Program-made: the position numbers and the translations under genes
Shown here: piece by piece, positions 25,141 to 36,689 of the stretch
Layout: each line of letters starts with the position of its first letter
How positions within the stretch are numbered: position 1 is the first letter of the stretch
Notes under the pieces: model-generated
Databases searched by the model: none
What the model saw: the letters and a program-made list of their open reading frames with translations, nothing else
What the model was told of the DNA's origin: nothing
Origin: Podarcis liolepis
Taxonomy: Eukaryota
Strand: one strand, 5' to 3'
DNA: 64,000 bases
Assembly (NCBI GenBank): GCA_965112155.1
Contig: OZ218102.1

Positions 25141-27235
25141 GGAGGCATACTTTCTGTGTGAAAATTCTGTGTGAAAGCATACAGATTTCTGTGTGAAAGT
25201 TAAGAGCATCAATAAATATTCCCATCAAAATCAAGGGGAGTGAAAAATGCTTAGCTTTGATTGGCACCCCCCTGTGTTAGAAGCATATTAGGAGAGATAT
25301 CATGTGCCATCTGTTAGCATGTCCTACTGAACATGAGTAATTCAGTATCCACATTAGTGTGTACCCCCATCAACCTGCTCCTGATGTTGGGGCTTGCAGT
25401 TGCAATGTGTGCTACCCTGATTCAAGCTGCAAGCTATAAATAGTAGGTTTGCGAATGCATTCTGCTGCTTTCCTGATTCAGTATGGAATGGCACTTCCCT
25501 TGAGCTCATGCAGTACTGTGAAGATAGAATGTCTTTAAAATAGTGGTATACTTTCAGGTCAGTGGCTGGAACTAATATGAAGCTCTAAAGAAAGGCCAAC
25601 ATCTATCGCTGCAAACCTCCTTTACGAAAAACTGTCCTAGACAGAACATTCACACATATGGAGGTGCCAGTATTATTGATCTGTTCTTAATCATCACCAT
25701 TCTTCTTGATCATCTTAGAGTCCCCATCACTGTAGGTGATCTTCACTAACTTGTTTTTATCGTAGAAAGACTCATGAAAGGGCAGTGGTTACCAGGCAGG
25801 TTTCGTTTTCCTGCTTGTACTGCTGTTTTATAGAATCATGCAACTTCACCTCTGAAAAGGAATTGCCCACCCCCACTATTTGCTCTGCACAGTTTGTGAA
25901 AATGGCCTCTTCAAAGTGCTTCAGAGGAAGCTAATGATGAATCAGTGTACCCATATTAGTACCGTTGCCTTTTGAACTCTTGTTCCCCCCAAAAACCTCT
26001 GGAATATCTGGCGAGTTCCATATAGGCTGTTGGAAACCTTTGTTTCTTTGTTGTGTTGTATTTTCTAGAAACTGAAGATAGTTTTTTTTCTAATTCAGTA
26101 ACCCTATGAAGTAGATTGTTGCTGACCTGGTTCTTCAAGCAAGTAACTTGAGACTGAGGTTTAGATTGCTTCCACACAACACTCCAGACCATAACTGACA
26201 AACAGAAAGCATAGCAGGGAGTTTCTAAGTAAAGAGGTATTTCTGTTGTTGTGGGAGTTTGGAGTTACTTTGCTGTTACGACACAAAAGTGGATGTAACC
26301 CCTGTAGCTGTCGTGCAAGCCCAATTGGATTAGTTGTGACTAGAATGGATCCTGCCCCACAGCTTGTGGGAAATAAGCTCATTTGTGTGGGCTTTAAGCT
26401 CATTTGTGTGGAAATTCCTCTAGAGACCTGACTGAGGAAATCTTGACCAAGGAAACCTAGCAAAGACAGGATTCACCTGGAATTCGAATATTGGTTTGAG
26501 AGATTTTGGGGGGCTACATTTTTTTACATTGCTATCAATATTCCTTTAATGACATCTTGGCTATTCTGCAGCAAGGATTGGTAAGCTATAATTTCTGCCA
26601 TTTTCCTAGCACCCACCCCTTTTTATCAATTTAAACTATTGTCACTGTAAGAAAAGGGTGTTGTGACAATTGAATCATTCCCATGAAAGATGATTATGTA
26701 TTCCCTTAGATCTGAATCACTTAAGAAAGCCATTCATTGTCAATGGAAAACAAACTGGGTCCTTGAGGCTAATTTTTAAGTCTCTAATGTGTCCATTGGT
26801 CTAAGCATGGGCGCATGGGCCATTTGCACATTAACCTTGGAGAGGTATACCCACTGTTTGGATCACGTGCACAGAGAAGAGGTTTTCAGCAGCAATCATA
26901 GGCAGCAAAAGAAGGAATCGGGGGAAACTGACTTGCAAAATGAGTAGTTTTACCCATGATCCTTGAGCCCAAGCTACCTGAGAGTGAACTTTGCTAAAGT
27001 CAATGGAGCTACTCTAAGAGACACAGCTGGAGCTATAAGAAAAGCAATGCCAATCATTTGATACACAGGCGGGAGCAATGGGCAAAGGTAAAAGGCCCTC
27101 CTCAAACCAACAGGGATGGCAGAGTTCACACAAAAGCTGGCTGCAGGCTTTTGGCCTCATGCCGTTGCTGAACCAGGGCCATGATAGCTCCCTGGTTTTG
27201 GATGAGCCCTAAGTCTTTCCTGCAATATCTCAGAG

Positions 27236-27358
27236 TAGCGCAAATGGGTAGAGCATGAGACTCTTCATCACAGAGCCCCACGTTGGGCGAAAGATTACTA
27301 CACTGCAGGGGTTGGACTAGATGACCCTTGTAGCCCCTTCCAGCTCTATGGTTCTATA
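27236..27358 (+). mobile_element. Degenerate tRNA-Lys/CR1-tail SINE with an internal deletion
   Basis: GGTAGAGCATGAGACTCTT...GAGCCCCACGTTGGGCGAAAGATT...GGGGTTGGACTAGATGACC...CCCTTCCAGCTCTATGGTTCTAT. Confidence 0.8.
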
Positions 27359-29367
27359 AGAACTTATGATCCCATGCAGTTCCAGTAATGGAAGAATGTA
27401 GGAACCATGTAGGAGAGGCAGGGATGGTTGCAGGGTTGGGGGGGGGTTACAGTGTCAGAGGTGGAAATGGGTGCTATTGCCTTGGCCTAGGAAATTGCCT
27501 TTCGCCACGTCAGAGTTGATCACTTGTCCGTTTTGCTCAGTATTGCCTGCTCTGATTGACACCAGTTCTCCCAACATGAGCTTGTTCTTCCTGTGTGTTT
27601 CCTATATTTTACCTTACTCAGAGAAAGCAAGGGGTGAGGCCAGAGTCAAGCGAGAAGAACGCCACTCCCATAGCATAAGAATGAGGTCACAATGAAGAGT
27701 TAAATATGGAGCTGGCAGCCTTGACTACAGATTTCCTTTCCTTTCATGCTCCCCCCTCAAGAGTTATTCTTCTAACCCCTTTTATTTTTATTACTATAAA
27801 TAGATGCAGTCCACTATTTCCTGCGCAATAGAGTTGGACTTAGAAGAGTAGTTGCTTGGCACAAGAATTAATCAGTATATGAAACATTAGTACTTATCAC
27901 TTTAGGTGTTTTTTTTTTAAAAAAAACAACAACACACACACGCATAAGATTTTGAGTTGCATTTTTCCCATGGCACAGGAGAAGAATGTTGGCTAATGAA
28001 GGATAAGAGTTGTGTGGTTAATGCCTTTTATGAAATACTAATGATGAAGACATGTTTGACATGCTGTAAAATACATTTTTCTAATGTGAAGTTTCTGCCT
28101 TTTGTTGGAGATGAGACAAAATCCCCAGAGGATTTTAGAATTTGTAAATATAAAATTATCTGCCTCCATGGTTCTCCCCCCCCCCTTTTTTTTAAAGGCT
28201 GGCAGAAAGCCAGATTACTTACATTACTGTAATAGATTTGATGACCTCTGACTTCTGCTGTGGAGAAGTACATTGAATTTTTCATTACATCAGAGGATGC
28301 TGAAAGCTAAAAACTCAGAATACTAGGCACTAGTATTTAATTCAACATTTAGCCAAGCAAAATCTTTCTCCTCACCCCACCCCCGCTAAAAGAGGGGGGG
28401 AGTACCCACAATTAAATGTAATGTATCTCTGATTGTGTCGGGATTAATAAAACACTGATTTGTTCATCCAGCTCGTATTGATTTTTAAGTTGCCTTTATT
28501 TATTTTAAAAAAAGGATAATCTTGCTTTTCATAGTCATTGAATTTAATCAGAAGCTCAGTTGATGGCAAAGACTTCCCTACTGTTTCTGCTCTGGGCTGG
28601 AAAATGTTATTCTTGTATTATTCCAGTGGAAAAAATAGCCCCGTGCTGTTCAGAAATCTGCTGCCTGCAGAAGGATTGTTCTTTAATACGCTACTGCTTA
28701 CACATTCTCGTTATGTTAATTATCCTATAAATAATGCATTTTATTAATCTGAATGTAGGCATTGCGTTCATAATAAAGGCATGTTCCACCCCCGTCCTGC
28801 AAACCCAAACCCTGGGTTACGTGGAAGTGAATGCCCTCCTCTTGCTGTGTACTCCCCTCCTCTGCGTTTCCTCTGTAGTCTTCCTCTTCTCAAAATTTAG
28901 ACTGTAATCTCCTTGAGGGCAGAAATCTGCCTTTTTTTCTTTTTGCTTATGAAACTCCGCAAAGCAGAATGCATATTGATGATATTCTTATGCGTAACAA
29001 CAACGCATCCCCATTAAACCCACATCCCCATTCTTAGGCTTTCCGGCAAGATTGTTTCTTACGAATACAGGAACTCTTCTCCCAACATCTGACACTGAAA
29101 ACTCTTTCAAAGTCTAATATTTTTTTTTGTACATGAGGGTTTATACACATTGTGGTTCGCTTTTTCTGTTAATGTTTGCGAAACACCTTCTTTTATCTTG
29201 CACCAAGGTTGATTTAAATCGCCTAAGCAACAGCTATTTAGCACAAAATTGAGCTGCTCATTTCAAGCATGTTGCATTCTGTGGGGGAAGTTTTAAAGCA
29301 GAGAATCATATTCTGCCTGATTTGGAGAATATTGACCTGCAGTTGACGAAATACAGTTGACTAAATA

Positions 29368-29369
<2 letters not shown>

Positions 29370-29408
<39 letters not shown>
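29370..29408. repeat. (GT)n microsatellite
   Basis: Read directly. Confidence 0.95.
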
Positions 29409-29409
<1 letters not shown>

Positions 29410-32400
29410 TTTTCTAATAGTATGTTAGCTGAAGCTTTGAATGTTCCACCAGCTTTATTTCCCTTGTACTATAACAGCTTCTAATAATCAAATGATAAGA
29501 TCACATCCTGCGGGTAATTGTGTTGTACCGTGACAGGGCAACTGAAGGCAAGGAAGGGTGGGGGGACCACAGAGTGAAAATTCTAGCAAATGGAAACCTC
29601 TCTGTCAACTTGCAATTGTTCATAGTGTTAGGCTTCATTTTAATCCTCCTAAGCTCTATGCCTTTTTTTTTTTTTTTACTTTGCTTAAAAAAAACCGAAA
29701 ACCAACAACCCCACCTCCTTACTGTAGAGAAATAGCATTGCATTAGAATTTTCTGTCCAGGGTGGGGAGCTGATGCAAGTAGAACAAGCCGTCCTTGTGT
29801 TTTGATTCAATTTTTACCTTAGTCATGCCTCTCTCCAGATACAAGAAACATTTAATTCCAAATTTCCTGCTGTTGGCGCTAGGCATTTGACCAGCTATGT
29901 GAAATGTATTTTTGCCACTGTAGCCTCTGCCAACTGCTGAGCTCAGTGAAAAAAAACAAAATCACAAAAATGGAAACAGCAGGCCCGTCCTCCTGTAACG
30001 TTGAACTCTCATCAGCCATGACTCCTAATTATCCTCTGACCTAATGAGTTCCAGGGATTTATATGGCAACAAAGAGGCAGGAAGCTGTTGTCTTTTTGGT
30101 GGTCAAATTTAAAACTGACACAAAAGGGTTTCTCAGAAAGAGTGCTAACAGTGATTAATCTTATCAGGGCTGGCCTTTGTCCCGTTTCTGCTTTAACCGC
30201 CAGGATAATCACACAGAATATTTTATTTAAAAGGCCTAGTGGTGGCGGAGTATCATCCTCTAATTTTAAAGCTATGAGCAGCTTTTGAAACATTTACCGA
30301 CGAAACATGTAGATTTCAAATGGGCTGCCTGTTCCCATGGCAACCAAACAAAGTCAAACAATCCTTTCTGCAGTGTTAACAACTATTGCCACCAAAAAAA
30401 AAAAAAAAGGTATTTTGGTTAAATCTGATTCTTTAAATATTTAACACATGGCAGAAAAAGATATAAATATTGCTCTGGATGAAACCCAACCTCGCCTCCT
30501 CTTGCTTCAAGTCCCAGGCACGGGGAAAGATGTTCAAGGGTGCCTTGAATATTTTGTGCTTGTTACAAATGAAATTTAGCAGCCTCAAGTATGAACAAGA
30601 TTGTATTTCTTTCTCTCCCCCCCCTTTTTTTTATTCTGCCTTGTTATGCTTCTTTTTTTATTACATAAACATTAACCGTAATGTTACAGTGGGAAGCAAG
30701 TATTTGGCAAAGTCCGTATTATTTTGCTAAGCCTGCATAGAGAGAGCTGTTTTCAGTTTTAGCAGCTGTAACATGTTTAAACTCAGTTTGTAATGGGATC
30801 TGAGGACCAGCATTCCCCTTGGGCATTGCTTTAGCTTCATTACTGGCCAGCTGCCAAATTCAGGGCTCAAAAGTATTATTCACGCCTCTCTGCACATACC
30901 CATGTCAGAGCATGCTCAGTTCATGAATTTTGTTTCTAATATGGCATAAATGAGGTTTACTTTTTAACATAATTTATGTTGTATTTTATTAAAATGTGAA
31001 ATACTATCATCGCAAGCAAGCTAATCCCAGCTCTCTTGAAGCCAAACTGTGTTTGAACATCTAAATTAAAACTGGATGGCTTGGAGCTGATTCTGGAATA
31101 ACAAAAAAAATCTGTGCCTGAACAAAAAGAGTTTTCTATCTTGAACTCTTAGATTAAGCTATAATTAAATAAGTCTGATATTTGAACAGATTAATGCTGT
31201 TTAAAAAGCAACGTCCATTTTCTTCAACAGATACCTATTGTGGGGTTTTTTTTAAAAAAAATGTTTGCCATACTAAAGTTCATATTTTTAAAAGTCGGAG
31301 TCATGCATTATTCCTGCTATGAGTCATTCATTAATCATGTTTAATGCATTATAACAACTTTAATCACTGGAGCTGAAACTCAGATTGTAAGCCAATCCAT
31401 TCTTTTTAATAACACTGCTTATTTACCCTCATTTCAAGAGGCACTCTGTGGAGGGGGGGGGGTGGGAATCAGATTGAAGCATCTCTGTCTCCTCCCCCAA
31501 GCAATTTTTCCATGGTTTGAAAGACAAAACTCTGTAATTAAAATTCTCTAATTCTCTCTTAAAATCGTTTTTGTTCCTGCCCACTGTGCCAACTACCACC
31601 TGGTAGACACTGCTTGCCCTTTTCCCCCTTTCCCTAGAGAAAGAGGAATCTTCTTGCTCCCAAAATGGGCCCTTATGACATTCCCCCAGATTCCTAAAAA
31701 AGAAGAGGAGGAAATCTATGCTAGTACAAGGTTTTTATACCAGTTGGACTACAGTTCCCATCAGCCACAGGGGCCAGGCATGATAAGAGCTGTAGTCCAA
31801 CAACATATGGAGGGCAAAACAGGTTGGAGAAGACTGCCTCCATCTTCTGATGGAACCATATCTAGCCCACAGGATAGAGGATACAAGATGATACAGTCCA
31901 GAATATGCTGATGTTTGGTGGTGGAGGGGCCACATCCCTCCTCCCCAGCTTCTGGGATTATATGTGCAACCCTGCTGGGCTGAGTTTTGTCTTCACCCCT
32001 TCCCATTGCACTCTGCTCCTCTAGCTTCTGACTTACGCAGGTAGCTTGAGAATCCAAATAGTTATGGGAAAGCCCTCTGGGGATTGCAGAGAAGAGAAGG
32101 CAAGAGGCATCTAGAGACAATGGTTGGAAGGGAGCTAGCATGTCTAGTCTGCACTGTTTTGGAGGCAGATTTAAGGACTTCAGACCCAAGACCTGAACTG
32201 ACCCATGTGAGGTTCCTTAAGACCTGTTCACACCGCAATCCACCCTGAGGTTCCAGTTGGGATTATTTGCTATTTTCTGTACTTCTGTACTTTCAGGGTA
32301 TATAAGGCACTGCTGTCGGGAAGTTCTGTAACTTGTCGGTTGCTGTTTAAACAGGCCGAAGAACTAAATACAAAGTATTTCCATTAAGATCAATTTAAAG

Positions 32401-33052
32401 TAGTGGGGGAGATATGTAGCTCATCTCCAGCGATTCCATTTGGCTTCATAATCTCATTTATCTCAATGGATTTTTTAAAAAATGTTCTGCTTGTTGTCAC
32501 TTGTTGGACCTGATCCAGCTAAAGTTACTTATGGCTAACACTGCAATCCTTTAGGTGTGTACTCAGAAGTAACTTTAATGAGACCGACTTCCAGGAAAGT
32601 GTGAATTGGAGTGCAGATTAAATTGAATTTATGTGACTTAATTTCGTATCAGCTAACCTGTAAGTTTCAATAGGACTTGGTCACAAATAAATTGAAGTGG
32701 ATCAGAACCATCCCCTTTTTTAGGTTTACACATAAAGACACATTGTATAGCTAAACATGTAAAGTGTGAATATTACAGATGTTTAGGAAAGTGTGTATCA
32801 TCTGAGAGGTTGGCAAACTCAGCTTTGTGGTTGCAAAATGTGTGAAAGACAGAGGAAATAATTTGATTCAGCAGCAGTTTGAGAAGAAGAAACAGCTTCC
32901 AAATCCTACTGCACATCTTTGACTTCTAGTTTTGAGTGGTTTTTTCTTTCTTTCAAAAAACAGTTTTTAACAATGAACTTCTTACAGCCATTTATTTTAT
33001 TTTGGTCTTTTGGGTGAGAACTTCTAGAACTGATCAATTATTCGTTCTTTAG

Positions 33053-33251
33053 ATTAATCCTGCCGTATGAGAGATTTATTAAAGGAGAAGAAGATAAGCC
33101 ACTGCCTCCTGTGAAACCTCGAAAACAAGATAATGTCGCCCAGGAGGGGGAAAGTAAGATAAAATTGTCTGGAACAAAACGCATCAGAAATGAACACCAA
33201 AAGAGCAAGAAAGAAAAAGACAATGCACAGAAACCCCAGGATGCACCCGAG
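33053..33251 (+). CDS. ARID5B: ARID5B 199-bp coding exon (about exon 9), end of the ARID domain plus basic region
   Basis: ttctttAG|A TTA ATC CTG CCG TAT GAG AGA ... GCA CCC GAG|GTTAGT gives LILPYERFIKGEEDKPLPPVKPRKQDNVAQEGESKIKLSGTKRIRNEHQKSKKEKDNAQKPQDAPE. Phase 2 in, phase 0 out. Confidence 0.96.
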
Positions 33252-33585
33252 GTTAGTTTCCTTTCCCTGCTTTCTTCTTTTCATTAACTTTTTCGTTCTG
33301 CAGGTGCTGCTTTGATCGCATAATGTCCAGAAATCATCTTTTGAACCAGGGCTCATGCAAACAAATCCTCTTTCGGGGCCAGGCCATATGTCACTTTTTA
33401 CTGACATGGCGTCTTCAGGGCCTAAAAAGACACAAGAATGTATACCTATGTGTTCCAGTGTGCACAGAATCCATTATGGGTCCGTGTAAAAGTCGCGGGC
33501 TCATAAGTCCCCTTTCTGCAGAACCCGGGTTGGCATTCCCCAGGTCTCTCGTAATATGCAGCTAAGAATTCTGAAATTATACGTA

Positions 33586-33827
33586 CCGTGGTACCTCAGG
33601 TTACATACGCTTCAGGTTACAGACTCCGCTAACCCAGAAATAGTGCTTCAGGTTAAGAACTTTGCTTCAGGATGAGAACAGAAATCGTGCTCCGGCGGCG
33701 CGGCGGCAGCAGGAGGCCTCATTAGTGGTGCTTAAGGTTAAGAACAGTTTCAGGTTAAGAACAGACCTCTGGAACGAATTAAATACTTAACCCGAGGTAC
33801 CCCTGTACTTAATCCGAGGTACCACTG
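33586..33827. mobile_element. Tigger/pogo-like MITE with a duplicated right TIR
   Basis: TA|CCGTGGTACCTCAGGTTA ... TAATCCGAGGTACCACTG|TA, with repeated TTCAGGTTA subterminal motifs. Confidence 0.9.
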
Positions 33828-34195
33828 TACATTATTCATTTCAAACATCTTAACGTTAAGAATAATGTAGGGGGAAAGGTCCTTAGTTTACCCAGAAGGA
33901 CTGAAGTATAACTGATGGTGATATGACTTGTGTGATTATGGAGCGCATGGAAGCGATGACAGAGATGCCACCTCTGGAAAGGTCGTCAGTACATGTGGTG
34001 CATGGGCGGTTGTGTGGGGGGGGGGTGCGCCATGTGGCTGGTAATGTCTTACAGCTTCCCATGCCTTCCACACAGAAGAACCAGGAAATATCCAATGGCA
34101 ATGACAAGAGGAGAACCAGGCTCAAAGACGCTTGAGAGTAATGCGCTTTTTATTATTGTCCGGTGTATCTTGGCCCAAATAGGCCTTACTCAGGG

Positions 34196-34364
34196 CAGTG
34201 GCGTAGCGTGGGGGGTGCAGGGGGGGCCGGCCGCACCGGGCGCAACATCTGGGGGTTAGGGTTAGGGGGTGCAAATCCACAGGTTAGGGGGCGCAAATCC
34301 ACGGGTTAGGGGGCACAAATTACTTGCCTTGCCCCGGGTGCTGACAACCCACGCTACGCCACTG
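34196..34364. mobile_element. hAT MITE with internal TTAGGG-containing repeats
   Basis: Perfect 17-bp TIR CAGTGGCGTAGCGTGGG / CCCACGCTACGCCACTG. Perfect 8-bp TSD ACTCAGGG at 34188-34195 and 34365-34372. Confidence 0.93.
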
Positions 34365-35684
34365 ACTCAGGGATATTTCTACCATAACCAACCACATGGC
34401 AAAATAAAAATTGTTTAGAGTTTTCTTTAAGGAAGGTGATCATGAGGGAACTGAGTTATGTTTTAAGCAAGACTTGCTCATTGTTGTCCTATTTTTTTGT
34501 AGAAAAGCCACTTTGGAAGGCCTGTTTGGGCCAAAACTCTTTAGCGTCTTTAATATTGGTTCTCCTTTTCTGTTATTTCCATGGACTTGACCTCCAAAGC
34601 CTGGGTTAGAATATATATTTTTATACAACCACAGTCTTTGCAATAGCGTCTTTGGAGAGTTTCCCTCACCCACCCCTGCTCCTTTAAAAAAAATTAATTG
34701 TAAACTGAGACATATTTTGAAAAGGCACAATCTTTATTAAAATATACATAAAAGAGGGCACGCAGTCTCTGTTTAAGCAACTGCTAGATTGCAACAGAAA
34801 TTGCCAAAAGCAAGGAAATACAAGTTAAGTCTAGCATTCCATTCCTTGTTCATCCCTTTGTGCTTTGTTATTTATTGCAGGGAGTTTGGATCAGCGAGTT
34901 ATGTTACATACCATATGTGCTGCAATAGAAGCTAAGCACAACGTAACAAGCCAGCGATGGAGTGTCAATCTAAACTTTGAACTTCCTTGCTTTTGTTGTT
35001 TAGTATCTCAAATTTCCTGCGACTTAAACTGCAGTTATTTTTTATGTGAGTCGCAGGTCAAGTTCTCAGATGCAGAGTAGAAAGTGCACAACACAAAATG
35101 CAATTATGTGCGCTTCCGACTGCAAGAACATAGCAGTGTAATTCTTTTCTCCCATCAGTCAGTAATGTTGGATGTTCTTGATATCAAATTCTCACAAATG
35201 TATGAGGGACCTCAGAAGGCTTTTAAGCAAATCATTTTTCATAAGTTTGAAAAATAAATTCCTCTTTCCCTCACATATGAAAGCACCATGTAAAAACCAT
35301 TCCGCTTTTGTTGTGCCTCTTTGGTTGGGGAACTGAATTGTATCATTGCGTTTATGTTTGCAGTTTATTTGTAAGCTGTTTAGAGCGACTCCTTTGTGGT
35401 GGGGAAAAGCGGGTATAAATCTTTTAAATAAGAAATATTTGTTTGTGGGGTGCAATATTATTTTGGGATTTGGGGCAGGGGGCTGGTAAGCCGACTAATT
35501 TGTAACCCAGAGAGAGGGGAGTAGTGGCATTTGCAGGTGTTTTGTAGCTAGTGTTGGTTGGGGTAATATGGAAAGTTATTAAAGAGAGTGGGCACAAAAC
35601 CCACACAAATTAAGTGCAAGCAATCTCATGGCAATCCCTGAGACTTAAGTTAGTCACAATCCACTTATTGCTTTCACGGGGACT

Positions 35685-35942
35685 TAGGACTTGCCCACAC
35701 TGGGGCAAATGTGGAATCACACCTTCCCCCCCCCCACTTCAAATGCGGGTTTCCCCCCCCCATCTTGGCCATTTTGGACTTTCAGGGGACTGAAAAGCCC
35801 TGCATTCAAAGGGAGAAATGTTAGAGGCAACGCTGGGATGGGGAGGACGTCATTTGGTCCGCGACCTAATGGTCAGGGGTCCCTTTACCTTAATGGGGAG
35901 ACAGGAAAATCCACACGTTTCTCCAGTGTGGACAAGGCCTTA
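35685..35942. mobile_element. Degenerate PIF/Harbinger-like MITE containing a ~30-bp Sauria SINE 3' tip
   Basis: Imperfect TIRs TTAGGACTTGCCCACACTGG and CCAGTGTGGACAAGGCCTTA with TTA flanks. GACCTAATGGTCAGGGGTCCCTTTACCTT lies at 35863-35891. Confidence 0.55.
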
Positions 35943-36424
35943 GTTGCAACTACTTATAGGCACACTCTGAAAATCTTTGGCCTCAAGATGCCTATTAATC
36001 ATACTGACACTTAGAAACAACCATTTCACTTGCTGGTTCCCACTTCCTTCCCCCCTACACACAATCTTTCTCAAGCCCTTCCACCCATATGATATGCAGA
36101 AAGTTGAAGCGCAGGCACCTTGCACCCCTCCCCCCAGTATACATTCCAATATACCAGTGGTCCCAGGCTCTTAATCGTAATCAACTAGTTGAACAAACTG
36201 TCAGCTCGGAAGAAACAATCCCCCCTTCTCACTCATATGGAATGCCTCTTATAAGATGATGCCCTGCTGCATACAAACATGCATGTATCATCTAAGGGGA
36301 AGAAGAATATTCTATGTTTCTTCAGAAACATAACAAATTTATGAAAATTCAATTAATTATTAGCGTAATAAAAACTGCCTTTCCTGATTAGCCAGGGACA
36401 CATTTTTGGCCACTTCGTCTAAGC

Positions 36425-36689
36425 CAGGGGTGTCCAACCAGTAGATTGTGATCTACTGGTAGATCCCTGGCTGATCCTGGTAGATCGCAGGATCCTTATC
36501 GTGCACAAAAAGTTACAGGGGAAAAGCTAAAAAACTCTGTGCAATCGTCCTCCCCAAAAGCGCTCAACAACTCTGGGCAATCCACCCACCCCACGGACGC
36601 TCCTCTCCCTCCAGTGACAATGGGTAGATCACTGCCAGTTTTTTTATACTGGGAGTAGATCACAGTCTCTTGGGAATTGGACATGCCTG
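36425..36689. mobile_element. hAT (Charlie-like) MITE
   Basis: TIRs CAGGGGTGTCCAA and TTGGACATGCCTG. TSD GTCTAAGC/ATCTAAGC (7 of 8 match). Repeated GTAGATC subterminal motifs. Confidence 0.85.
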
